Shown piece after piece: positions 19,664 to 31,798 of a stretch of 64,000 nt of DNA. The notes under the pieces were generated by a model. The model worked only from the letters and a program-made list of their open reading frames with translations. It was not told the DNA's origin and did not search any database. The stretch is from Vicinamibacteria bacterium (GTDB lineage: Bacteria > Acidobacteriota > Vicinamibacteria > Fen-336): assembly GCA_041493035.1 (NCBI GenBank), contig JBGPYB010000004.1, positions 1,465-65,464 of the forward strand, written 5' to 3'. The first letter of the stretch is position 1, and each line of letters opens with the position of its first letter. Both the position numbers and the translations under genes were made by a program.

Positions 19664-20233
19664 GTGGCAAGAGACCCGAGCCTCGCCTTGGCGCCCTCTG
19701 AGCCCGGCGGCCGGAGCGCCCTCTGGCGGGCGCTTTGGGAGCTGGGGCACGATCTCTCGATCGCCGTCCTCTTCTGCTTCTTCCTCATCACCTTCGTGGC
19801 GCAGGCCTTTCGCGTCCAGGGAACGAGCATGCTTCCTCTCCTCGAGGACGGGGAACGGATCATCGTCAACAAGTTCGTCTACCGCTTTGGCGCCATCGAA
19901 CGGGGCGACGTGGTCGTCTTCTGGTACCCCAAGGACCCCTCCGTGTCCTTCATCAAGCGCGTCATAGGACTGCCAGGGGACGCCATCGAGCTGCGGCGGG
20001 GCGTTCTTTTCATCAACGGAACGGCTGTGCTGGAGGAGTACCTGAATCACCAGTTCCGAGACAGCGACACCTACCCTCCCGTTCAGGTTTCCAAAGGGTA
20101 TTATTACGTGCTCGGCGACCACCGGAACAGCAGTAACGACAGCCGGAGCTGGGGAGAGGTTCCCGAAAAGTACATCTACGGCAAGGCATTCCTTCGCTTC
20201 TGGCCGCTTTCCAAGATCGGGCTCATCCGCTGA
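19664..20233 (+). CDS. lepB: Signal peptidase I (LepB)
   Basis: Catalytic GTSMLP (Ser), [10 protein letters not shown] (Lys) and [15 protein letters not shown] boxes. Only the 3' part of the long ORF 18725-20233 is real. In-frame GTG at 19664 just after the FHA gene stop. Confidence 0.7.
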   Translation: MARDPSLALAPSEPGGRSALWRALWELGHDLSIAVLFCFFLITFVAQAFRVQGTSMLPLLEDGERIIVNKFVYRFGAIERGDVVVFWYPKDPSVSFIKRVIGLPGDAIELRRGVLFINGTAVLEEYLNHQFRDSDTYPPVQVSKGYYYVLGDHRNSSNDSRSWGEVPEKYIYGKAFLRFWPLSKIGLIR

Positions 20234-20265
20234 CCGACCGTCAGGCCTCTTCCGCCAACCCCAAG

Positions 20266-21387
20266 ATGACCACGAGCCCGCGAGCCATGCTGGCCCTCGA
20301 GGACGGTACTGTCTTCGAAGGGCGCGGCTTCGGCCGACAGGGTGAGACGGCGGGTGAGGTCGTCTTCAACACCGCCCTTTGCGGCTACCAGGAGGTCCTG
20401 ACCGACCCCTCGTATGCCGGCCAGATCGTCACGATGACCTACCCTCACATCGGCAACTACGGCGTCAATCCCGAGGACGTGGAGTCGTCGCGGCCGCAGG
20501 TGGCCGGGTTCGTTGTCCGAGAGGCTTCCACGGTGGCCTCGTCGTGGCGCTCCACCGGAAGCCTGAGCGGCTACCTCGACGACAACGGTATCGTCGGGAT
20601 CAGCGATCTCGACACCCGAGCCCTGACGCGGCACCTCCGCACCCATGGCGCCAAGCGCGGCGTGATCTCGACGCTCTCGAACGATGCCGCAGCCCTGGTC
20701 GCGCGCGCACAGGTGTCGCGCTCGATGGTCGGCCTCGATCTGGCGCGAGAGGTGACGTGCGCCAAGGCCTACGCGTTCGACGGGGTTCGCGGTGAGGTGG
20801 CGCGGCCGTACAAGGTCGTGGCCTACGACTTCGGGATGAAGCGGAACATCCTCCGGATGCTCGCGGCCGCTGGATGCGACGTCACCGTGGTGCCCGCAGC
20901 GACGACGGCGCAAGAGGCTCTAGCGTTCGGTCCCGACGGCATCTTCCTTTCCAACGGCCCAGGGGATCCGGAGCCGGTCACTTACGCCGTCGAGGCCGTG
21001 AAGGCTCTGATGGAGAAGAGACCAGTCTTCGGGATTTGCCTCGGCCACCAGATCCTGGGCCTCGCCTGCGGGGGAAAGACCTTCAAGCTCAAGTTCGGGC
21101 ACCGGGGCGCGAACCATCCGGTCAAGGATCTCCGGAGCGGGCGGATCGAAGTGACCTCGCAGAACCACGGGTTCGCGGTGGATCCGGCGTTGTTCGAGCG
21201 TCCCGAGTTCATCCTCACCCACGTCAATCTGAACGACGGGACCGTCGAGGGATTCCGCCACAGGGACCTGCCGATACTCTCCGTGCAGTACCACCCCGAA
21301 GCGAGCCCGGGTCCTCACGACAGCCACTACCTTTTCGGCGAGTTCATCGCCCTCATGAAGGCCCATCGGGATGGGCGGGCAGCATAG
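20266..21387 (+). CDS. carA: Carbamoyl-phosphate synthase small subunit CarA
   Basis: Full-length similarity. GATase triad region ([11 protein letters not shown]). Confidence 0.9.
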   Translation: MTTSPRAMLALEDGTVFEGRGFGRQGETAGEVVFNTALCGYQEVLTDPSYAGQIVTMTYPHIGNYGVNPEDVESSRPQVAGFVVREASTVASSWRSTGSLSGYLDDNGIVGISDLDTRALTRHLRTHGAKRGVISTLSNDAAALVARAQVSRSMVGLDLAREVTCAKAYAFDGVRGEVARPYKVVAYDFGMKRNILRMLAAAGCDVTVVPAATTAQEALAFGPDGIFLSNGPGDPEPVTYAVEAVKALMEKRPVFGICLGHQILGLACGGKTFKLKFGHRGANHPVKDLRSGRIEVTSQNHGFAVDPALFERPEFILTHVNLNDGTVEGFRHRDLPILSVQYHPEASPGPHDSHYLFGEFIALMKAHRDGRAA

Positions 21388-21394
21388 CCGCTAG

Positions 21395-24586
<3,192 letters not shown>

Positions 24587-24588
24587 GC

Positions 24589-25353
24589 GTGAAGCCACTC
24601 TATCTCGCTCTTTCCGGCGGTGGAGCCCACGCCGCTGCCCATGCGGGTGTTCTCCACGCCCTGGACCGCGCCGGCGTGCCGGTGGCCGGGATCGGGGGCG
24701 TGAGCGGCGGGGCCCTCGTGGCCGCTGCCTGGGCCGGCGGCGCTGACCTCGAACGTCTCGTGGAGCAAGCCTCGCATCTTCACCCGTGGATGTGGGTGCG
24801 CGGGTGGGGCGGGGGCCTTCTGTCGGGCTCCAAGCTGGGTGCGCTCATCGATGAGTTCCTCCCGATCCCCACCTTCGAGGGATTGCGCGTCCCTGTCTCG
24901 GTCCTCGCGACCGACGTCGATACCGGAGAGGCCGTCGTGCTAAGCGAGGGGAATCTGCGGGACGCTGTCCGGGCTTCCTGTAGTTTCCCCGGCGTCTTTC
25001 CGCCCATGATCCTCGGGGGGAGGCGTCTTTACGACGGCGGCATCACCGAGGTGATCCCGGTCCGCCTGGCCCGCGAGATGGCGGGGGAGGGGGGGGTCGT
25101 CGTGGCCGTCGACGCGAACAGCGGGACGAAGTGGCCCGGCGCCGATTCCTTCGTCGCCATCGCTCTCCGAGCGGGCCTCACCCTTCTTCGAGGACGAACC
25201 CGAGGAGAGCTCGCCGGCGCCGACCTCGTCATCGCTCCGGCGATGGGAGAGTCGGGATGGATGCGCCCAGCCAAGATCCCCAGGTTCTTCGCGGCAGGAG
25301 AGGAAGCATTGAGCGAGGCCCTTCCGGAGCTGCGCCGGCTGATCGAGGAATGA
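24589..25353 (+). CDS. Patatin-like phospholipase
   Basis: Oxyanion LSGGGAHAAAHAG, nucleophile elbow GVSGG, DGG Asp motif (YDGGITE). GTG start 3 nt after the carB stop. Confidence 0.7.
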   Translation: MKPLYLALSGGGAHAAAHAGVLHALDRAGVPVAGIGGVSGGALVAAAWAGGADLERLVEQASHLHPWMWVRGWGGGLLSGSKLGALIDEFLPIPTFEGLRVPVSVLATDVDTGEAVVLSEGNLRDAVRASCSFPGVFPPMILGGRRLYDGGITEVIPVRLAREMAGEGGVVVAVDANSGTKWPGADSFVAIALRAGLTLLRGRTRGELAGADLVIAPAMGESGWMRPAKIPRFFAAGEEALSEALPELRRLIEE

Positions 25354-26291
25354 AGGGTCGATATCTTGCCACGGGCTTCATCGCCGTGGCCCTCGCGGCT
25401 CTTCTCTTCTGGCCCGACACCCCGGCAGGGCCCACGAAACAGTGGCTGGCCAAGGCCGGGCTGGAGCCAAGGGTCGACGTCGTCGCGGGGCAGCGGGTCC
25501 GCTACGTGCGCTCGGGTCATGGCCCGGCGGTCGTTCTCATCCACGGCCTCGGATCGTCCCTCTACACATGGAAGGACGTCGTCGGGCCGCTGTCCCGATC
25601 CCACGAGGTCGTCGCGCTGGATCTGCCGGGCTTCGGCCAGTCGGATCTTCCCCCCGATCTGACCGCCGATGTCTTCCCCCGCGTGGTCCTCGGCCTGATG
25701 GACCATCTCGGCATTGCCAAGGCCAGCCTGGTCGGCCACAGCATGGGCGGGGCCGTGGCCACGGTGATTGCCGCGAGCTCTCCCGAGCGGGTCCAGCGTC
25801 TCGCCCTACTGGACGCCGCGGGCTTCAACCTGGCGCCCGCCGATCGTCCCTGGCTGCTGCGCCTCGTGGGCTCGGAGGCTGGAGGCGTCCTCGCGCGGCT
25901 CCCGCGGAAGCGTCTCCTCGTCACCCTCGTCCTGCGGCAGGTCTTCTTCGATCGCGACCACGTCACCGCCGACCGAATCGACGAGTACCTTGCTCCACTC
26001 GAGCGTCCGGGCGCTATCGACGCAATTCGATCGCTCCTCGGTTCGCGAGGGTTCGGAGCCTTCTCTTCCTTCGGAGACATCGCGGGGAGGGTCAGGGCCC
26101 CGACTCTCGTCGTATGGGGACGCGAGGACGCCTGGATACCCTTGAAGGACGCCGACCGCTTTCAGGCCGCACTGCCGTCGGCCCGGAGGGTCACTCTCGA
26201 GAAATGCGGCCACGTGCCGCAGGAGGAGCTCCCGGGAACGGTCACGAAGCTCCTCGAAGAGTTCTTGACCGAGCCGGCTGCTGGAACGTAG
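25350..26291 (+). CDS. Alpha/beta hydrolase with N-terminal signal/TM segment
   Basis: HGLGSS oxyanion, GHSMGG nucleophile elbow, C-terminal His (CGHVPQEE). ATG overlaps the patatin stop (ATGA). Confidence 0.75.
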   Translation: MKGRYLATGFIAVALAALLFWPDTPAGPTKQWLAKAGLEPRVDVVAGQRVRYVRSGHGPAVVLIHGLGSSLYTWKDVVGPLSRSHEVVALDLPGFGQSDLPPDLTADVFPRVVLGLMDHLGIAKASLVGHSMGGAVATVIAASSPERVQRLALLDAAGFNLAPADRPWLLRLVGSEAGGVLARLPRKRLLVTLVLRQVFFDRDHVTADRIDEYLAPLERPGAIDAIRSLLGSRGFGAFSSFGDIAGRVRAPTLVVWGREDAWIPLKDADRFQAALPSARRVTLEKCGHVPQEELPGTVTKLLEEFLTEPAAGT

Positions 26292-26316
26292 TCTCGAGTG
26301 CCCGGAGGCGAAGCGC

Positions 26317-27099
26317 ATGCGCTATGCCGACAAGGTCGTGCTCGTCACCGGCGGGAGTCAGGGGATCGGCGAAGGGTGCGTTCGCGTCTTTGCCGAGGCT
26401 GGCGCCACCGTCGTCCTCTGCGCGCGCCGAGCCGTGGAAGGGAAGGCCCTCGCGGCCGAGGTGAGCGCTCGTGGTCCCGGACGCGCCCACTTCATCCGGT
26501 CCGACGTCTCGAAGGAAGCCGACGTGCGGGCGCTCGTTCGGGAGACGGTGTCCCGTTTCGGACACCTCGACTGTCTGATCAACAACGCCGGTTGGCATCC
26601 ACCCCACAAACCCATCGACGATTTCACGAGCCAGCAGTTTCGGGACCTTCTGGAGCTGAACCTCGTCAGCATGTTCGTCGCTTGCCAGGAGGCGCTCCCG
26701 CACCTGCGCAAGGTGAAGGGGAACGTCATCAACATGTCGAGCCTCGTAGGCTCAATGGGGCAGCTCCACGCCACGACCTACGTCGCCACCAAAGGGGCGA
26801 TCACCGCTTTCACCAAGGCGCTGGCCATCGACGAAGCGGCCCACGGCGTGCGGGTCAACTGCGTTTCGCCAGGCAACGTCTGGACGCCCCTCTGGAAGGA
26901 GGCGGTCGACGCATCGCCTGATCCCGCGAAGACGCGTGCCGACGGAGACGCGGCGCAGCTCCTCGGACGAATGGGGACCGTCGAAGAAGCGGGACGTCTC
27001 TGCCTCTTCCTTGCCGCCGAGGGGACGTTCACCACGGGCGTCGACCACATCCTCTCGGGGGGCGCCGAGCTCGCCTACGGCAGAAAGAGCCGGATCTAA
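26317..27099 (+). CDS. SDR-family oxidoreductase
   Basis: TGGSQGIG Rossmann motif, NNAG, catalytic Y-x3-K (YVATKGA). GGAGG SD upstream. Confidence 0.85.
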   Translation: MRYADKVVLVTGGSQGIGEGCVRVFAEAGATVVLCARRAVEGKALAAEVSARGPGRAHFIRSDVSKEADVRALVRETVSRFGHLDCLINNAGWHPPHKPIDDFTSQQFRDLLELNLVSMFVACQEALPHLRKVKGNVINMSSLVGSMGQLHATTYVATKGAITAFTKALAIDEAAHGVRVNCVSPGNVWTPLWKEAVDASPDPAKTRADGDAAQLLGRMGTVEEAGRLCLFLAAEGTFTTGVDHILSGGAELAYGRKSRI

Positions 27100-27302
27100 C
27101 GCCCGGGCGCGAAATCGTTGCGCGCAGCCGCGCCACCCCGACTCCACATAAAACGCGCCTTTCGGTGTAAATCAGTCAGAACGCCCGTTTCGGACGTGAT
27201 CGCCCGGCCCGGAAGCCCGGGAGGAGGCGCCGGCCTGGATCTTGCTCTTCAGGGGGACGACCGCGGCATCCCGCCGCCGTCTCATCGAAGGAAGCGGATC
27301 TC

Positions 27303-28703
27303 ATGGAACTGACTCGAATCCAGCGAGCCGTTGCGCGTATGGCGCTCCTGTGGGTGTTGGCCCTTCCATTCGCCCGCCCCGTCCACGCCATACCCGCCTT
27401 CGCCCGCAAGTACCAGACGAGCTGTCAGACCTGTCACACGGTCTTTCCCAAGCTCAACTCCTTCGGGAACGCCTTCCGGCTGGCGGGCTACCGGATGCCC
27501 AAGGAGACCGAGGAGATGGTGAAGGACAAGCCGGTGAGCCTGGGGGCTCCGGCCTACAAGAAGCTCTGGCCCAACGCCGTGTGGCCCAGCGACATTCCGG
27601 GGCACGTTCCCGTGGCCATCAACCTCAAGTTCGCCGACGTCAACACGTCGAGCCTGAACGACGACGGCTCGGTCAGCAAGGTCAAGAACGACTTCCAGTT
27701 CCCTCAGGAGGCCAACATCTTCGCCGCCGGCACCCTCGGGGACAAATTCTCCGCCTACAGCGAGATCACCTTCGGCAACGATGCCGGATCCATCTCGACC
27801 GAGATCGAGCATGCCCACGTGGGGATCGACTCGCCCTTCGGGCCGGAGAACGCGTTTCATTTCAAGATCGGCAAGTTCACGCCCAACGTTGCGGCCGTCT
27901 TCCAGGAGGCCTTCCTGACGACGGACGCCGGCATCGACACGATCTTCAACTACAACCCGATCGGGCTGAACGGTGGCACGGGCCTGGGCGCCGACGAGGT
28001 CTCGCCCAATTCCATCGCTCTGCCCTCCCTCGTGAACGGGGTCGAGGCCTATGGCGTCCTGGGCCACCGCTTCATGTACACGGCGGGCGTGTGCAACGGC
28101 ATCTCGGCCGGCGACGGCCAGTTCGGCAACAACTCGAAGGACGTCTACGGCCGCATCGACTACAAGATCGGCGGGATGGGGCTGGACGGCGAGACCTTCG
28201 GAAAGGAGACCTCGGAGAAGAACTGGCGCGATGACTCGCTGCGCCTGGGCGCCTTCATCTACCACGGCAGCGCCAAGGACGTGGGGTTTGCCACGACCGA
28301 CGAGAACGGAGCCGACGTCATCCTGCGGGACGCCCACTTCCTTCGAACCGGCTTCTTCGCCAGCGCCTACATCAAAGACCTGAACCTCTTCGGTGGCTAC
28401 CTCCACGGCAGCGACACCCTGCAGCGGGTCGACCCGACCGACGGGACCCAGCTCAGCGAGATCCAGCCGACCTACAACGCCTGGTTCGCCCAGGCCGACT
28501 ACGTCTTCTACCCATGGCTTCACGGCGCGGCCCGATACGAGACCCTGACCCCCGCGGATCGCAGCGTCCAGAGCCTGCGGATCGGGACCTTCAACGTCAG
28601 CGCCCTGATCCGCGCCAACATCAAGGCGATCGTCGAGTACCAGAGGGACCTCAGGGAGGGAACGAATCACTCCCTCGACGCCGTCCTGCGCGTCGCCTTC
28701 TGA
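27303..28703 (+). CDS. Cyc2-like fused monoheme cytochrome c / outer-membrane beta-barrel porin
   Basis: Signal peptide, single CQTCH heme motif about 15 residues after the predicted cleavage site. About 420-aa body of alternating amphipathic strands rich in Gly/aromatics. C-terminal Phe (LRVAF) typical of OM beta-barrels. GAAGGAAG SD. Confidence 0.7.
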   Translation: MELTRIQRAVARMALLWVLALPFARPVHAIPAFARKYQTSCQTCHTVFPKLNSFGNAFRLAGYRMPKETEEMVKDKPVSLGAPAYKKLWPNAVWPSDIPGHVPVAINLKFADVNTSSLNDDGSVSKVKNDFQFPQEANIFAAGTLGDKFSAYSEITFGNDAGSISTEIEHAHVGIDSPFGPENAFHFKIGKFTPNVAAVFQEAFLTTDAGIDTIFNYNPIGLNGGTGLGADEVSPNSIALPSLVNGVEAYGVLGHRFMYTAGVCNGISAGDGQFGNNSKDVYGRIDYKIGGMGLDGETFGKETSEKNWRDDSLRLGAFIYHGSAKDVGFATTDENGADVILRDAHFLRTGFFASAYIKDLNLFGGYLHGSDTLQRVDPTDGTQLSEIQPTYNAWFAQADYVFYPWLHGAARYETLTPADRSVQSLRIGTFNVSALIRANIKAIVEYQRDLREGTNHSLDAVLRVAF

Positions 28704-28729
28704 GCCGCTTCTTCGAAGGAGAGAAAGTC

Positions 28730-29311
28730 ATGTTCGTTAGAGTCCTTGCGGGCGTCTCGTTCCTTACCCTGGCCGGGTCCGCCTTCGCCGGCTCCCTGTC
28801 CGGCACGGTGACTGCGACCGGCCAGCACGACAACGCCGACGCCGTGGTCTTCGTCGACGCCATTCCGGGAAAGACCTTCCCCCCCCCGGCGGCCCATGCC
28901 ACCGTGGACCAGGCCGGCATGAAGTTCGTCCCCAGGGTCGCGGCGGTCCTCGTCGGTACCACGGTCGACTTCGCCAACAGCGACAGCGTGAACCACAACG
29001 TCTTCACTCCCGACAAGTGCGCCGCGAGCTTCAACCTCGGAAGCTGGGGGCGCGGCGCGAGCAAGAGCCACACCTTCGACAAGACCTGCTTCGCGGCTCT
29101 CCTCTGCAACATCCACCCGGAGATGGAGGGCTTCGTGGCGGCGGTGCCGACACCCTACTTCGCCGTGACCGACAAGACGGGGGCGTACCAGATCAAGGAC
29201 GTGCCCGACGGGGCGTACACTCTGAGGGTGTGGCATCCGCGTCTCAAGGAAACCAGCAAGAAAGTGACGGTGAAGGACGCGACGCGGGAAGATTTCAAGC
29301 TCGAGAAGTAG
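28730..29311 (+). CDS. Periplasmic amicyanin/plastocyanin-like cupredoxin with C-terminal CarboxypepD_reg-like beta-sandwich
   Basis: Signal peptide. Type-1 Cu ligands: H in VNHNVF and C-x2-H-x2-M loop (LLCNIHPEM), spaced as in amicyanin (PHNVHF ... CTPHPFM). AGGAG SD upstream. Confidence 0.75.
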   Translation: MFVRVLAGVSFLTLAGSAFAGSLSGTVTATGQHDNADAVVFVDAIPGKTFPPPAAHATVDQAGMKFVPRVAAVLVGTTVDFANSDSVNHNVFTPDKCAASFNLGSWGRGASKSHTFDKTCFAALLCNIHPEMEGFVAAVPTPYFAVTDKTGAYQIKDVPDGAYTLRVWHPRLKETSKKVTVKDATREDFKLEK

Positions 29312-29331
29312 ACCGTGGAGGTTCGGCCGGC

Positions 29332-30255
29332 ATGGAGACCGCTTCCCGATTCCGTCGTTCGGCCATCTTCGTGGCGCTGCTGCTCATCGCAGCGCCACGA
29401 GGCGCTCGCAGCCAGTCTGCCGCGCCCGTGGCACCCAAGCCAGGGGAGGCTCCGCCGGCGGTGACTCCTCCCACCGGTCCGAGTTGGCTGGTGCGCCGCA
29501 ACCTCGTGATGCTCGACGCCTCCCTCGGCCGGATCGGCAACGTGGCCGTGCCCGCCGCGACGGCCCTTCCCCAGGGACCCGCGTGGCCTTGGCCGGCTCT
29601 TCGTGAACGCTGGACGCTGACCGGAGCCGACCTCTACCGCCTGAACTGCCGCTCGTGCCACAACGCCGAGGGGAGTGGCCTGCCCCCCGAGATCAATTCC
29701 GTCCTGGATCCGATGCGTGCCACGTCATCGGTTCTGCTCAGGAAGAGGATGGAGGAGAGGGGAAGGAGCCTCGACCCCCAGACCGCCCGCGAGATGGCGG
29801 CGCAGGCAGATGCGAACATCCGCAAGAGGCTTCACGACGGCGGGGAGAAGATGCCGGCCCTGCCCCACCTGACCATGGCCGACGTCGACGCGATCCTCGG
29901 TCACCTGGGGCATCTCGCCGGGCTCCCCCAGGCGGAGCACAAGGACCCGCGGCTCAGCCTCTCCACGGCCCAGGTAGGTCAGCACGTCGTCAAGGGGACG
30001 TGCCAGATCTGCCACGACACCTCGGGTCCGGGCACCTATTCCGGGCGGAACGGCAGCGGAAAGCTGATCCCGTCTCTCACGGCCATGGTCGAGACCAAGT
30101 CGATGCCCGACGTGATTCGGAAGGTGCACACGGGGTCGCCGTCGGCGGAGAGCCGGGGCGAGATGCCGCTCTTTCCGTATCTCAGCGACGAGGAGCTGGG
30201 TGCGGCCTACGTCTACCTGGTCTCGTACCCGCCGCAGTCCACGGCGTCCCGTTAG
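29332..30255 (+). CDS. Periplasmic diheme c-type cytochrome
   Basis: Signal peptide. Two CxxCH motifs (CRSCH, CQICH) in separate roughly 100-aa halves. Met candidates for axial ligation. Confidence 0.8.
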   Translation: METASRFRRSAIFVALLLIAAPRGARSQSAAPVAPKPGEAPPAVTPPTGPSWLVRRNLVMLDASLGRIGNVAVPAATALPQGPAWPWPALRERWTLTGADLYRLNCRSCHNAEGSGLPPEINSVLDPMRATSSVLLRKRMEERGRSLDPQTAREMAAQADANIRKRLHDGGEKMPALPHLTMADVDAILGHLGHLAGLPQAEHKDPRLSLSTAQVGQHVVKGTCQICHDTSGPGTYSGRNGSGKLIPSLTAMVETKSMPDVIRKVHTGSPSAESRGEMPLFPYLSDEELGAAYVYLVSYPPQSTASR

Positions 30256-31088
30256 CGCTGGCGTTCCAGAGCCAGGAGCGTCTCCTGGGCCCTCTGGGCA
30301 AACGGACTCTCCGGGTAGGTATCCACCACTTGCTTGAGCACCGGGCGGGCCTCGTCCAATCGCCCCCAGGCCTTGTAGATGCGGCCGAGGATGTAGAGGG
30401 TTTGCGCTTCGTAGGGTCCCGGCGGGGGAATGGAGAGAGCCTCCTTGAGCAGGGATTCGGCGTCGGGGTAGCGGTGCTCGTAGTGCCTTATGATCCCCAG
30501 CATCATCCGCCCCTGCTTCCGATCGTCGACCGGGCGGCTTCCGTCGACCCGCGTGGCTTGCACGAGGAGGTCGCGGCTCTCCTCGTAGGATTCCTGCTCG
30601 AAGAGATAGACGCCGAGACGCAGCAGCGCCTCGGCGTTCTTCGGATCCTTGTCGAGGGATGCTTCCCACCCGAGCACTTGGTTCGAGGCCTCCCGAGCGG
30701 CGGCCATGATCTGGGGGAACTGCCCGGGCCCCTGGAATCCCGATAGCCTCAAAATCGGTCGCCCCGAAGGAGATACGAAGGCAATCGTGGGGAGATCCGA
30801 GACGTTGTATTTCAACGCCACCAGGGTTTCGTTCCGTCCGCCCTCGGTGTTGACTTTGACCGGGACGAAGTCTTTGCTGAGACGGACGACCTCGGCGTCC
30901 ACGTACGTGGTCTCGTCGAGGCGATGGCACCAGCCGCACCAGTCTGCCCAGAAATCCACCATCAGCGGCTTGCGCTGCGACTTGGCCCTCTGAACGGCGG
31001 CCTCGAAGCTACGTTCCCAGTGGATGCCGGGGGAGGGGCTGGCCGGGGCGCCGCCAAGGACCAGGACTGCGACCAGAGGGAGCGTCAC
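30252..31088 (-). CDS. Exported thioredoxin-fold (WCGWCH) thiol-disulfide oxidoreductase fused to TPR repeats
   Basis: VTLPLVAVLVLGGAPAS signal peptide, DFWADWCGWCHRLD CxxC motif, C-terminal TPR region. GTG start at 31088 overlaps the upstream stop (GTGA). Confidence 0.7.
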   Translation of the reverse strand: MTLPLVAVLVLGGAPASPSPGIHWERSFEAAVQRAKSQRKPLMVDFWADWCGWCHRLDETTYVDAEVVRLSKDFVPVKVNTEGGRNETLVALKYNVSDLPTIAFVSPSGRPILRLSGFQGPGQFPQIMAAAREASNQVLGWEASLDKDPKNAEALLRLGVYLFEQESYEESRDLLVQATRVDGSRPVDDRKQGRMMLGIIRHYEHRYPDAESLLKEALSIPPPGPYEAQTLYILGRIYKAWGRLDEARPVLKQVVDTYPESPFAQRAQETLLALERQR

Positions 31089-31798
31089 GATGGAGCCGCC
31101 GCGGTGACCAATGCCTCGAACAGCTCGCCGAAGCCATCCGGACGATTCCAGAACGATTCCGGATGCCATTGGACCCCGACGACGAATCGCCTCTTCGGCA
31201 TCTCGATGGCTTCGACGACCTGGTCGCCCGAGGAATAGGCTGAGGCGATGAGGTCTCGCCCCAGTTGCTCGACGGCCTGGTGATGGAAGCTGTTCACGGC
31301 GACCGTCTCCCTCCCGAGGATGGCTCCAAGCCGCGTACCCTGTACGATCCTCACGTCGTGGGCGCGCTCCCAGCGTTCGCACCGGGCGTCGTGATCGGAA
31401 CCCCCTGTCACCTCAGACGGGATGTCCTGGACCAGAGTTCCTCCGCACGCAACGTTTAACACCTGATGTCCCCGGCAGATAGCCAGGATGGGCCGATCCA
31501 GAACAAGGGCCTCGCGGGTCAGCGCCAGCTCGAAATCGTCCCGTTCGCGGACGACGGTGCCCAGCTTCGGGTGGGGCGTCTCTCCGTAAAGCGCGGGGTC
31601 GATGTCGGACCCGCCGCTCAGGAGGAGACCGTCGACCCTTTCCAGCAGCTCGGCAGCGTCCCCCGGAGAGCCGGGCGCCAGAACCACCGGTAGGCCCCCG
31701 ACCTTCTCCACTGACTTGATGTAGTCCTCCCGCAGGACGTGGAGGCCCGACCGGCGGTCGTCGTAGCCGATCGTGATCCCGATGGCGGGGCGCTTCAC
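31085..31798 (-). CDS. Class I glutamine amidotransferase-like hydrolase (gamma-glutamyl-GABA hydrolase/PuuD, peptidase C26 family)
   Basis: Catalytic Cys in AICRGHQ and His in WHPE. 237 aa. Confidence 0.75.
   Translation of the reverse strand: MKRPAIGITIGYDDRRSGLHVLREDYIKSVEKVGGLPVVLAPGSPGDAAELLERVDGLLLSGGSDIDPALYGETPHPKLGTVVRERDDFELALTREALVLDRPILAICRGHQVLNVACGGTLVQDIPSEVTGGSDHDARCERWERAHDVRIVQGTRLGAILGRETVAVNSFHHQAVEQLGRDLIASAYSSGDQVVEAIEMPKRRFVVGVQWHPESFWNRPDGFGELFEALVTAAAPS

Noticed and set aside
25131-25349. Upstream extension of the alpha/beta hydrolase ORF overlapping the patatin gene
   Set aside because: Different frame of the patatin CDS. The hydrolase signal peptide starts at the ATG at 25350, which forms an ATGA overlap with the patatin stop.
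27100-27302. GC-rich inverted repeats after the SDR gene, considered as a structured regulatory RNA
   Set aside because: Only short imperfect stems (gcgcgaa/ttgcgcgc, cccgg/ccggg) without U-tract or covariation evidence. Most simply a weak terminator or spacer before the cytochrome-porin gene.
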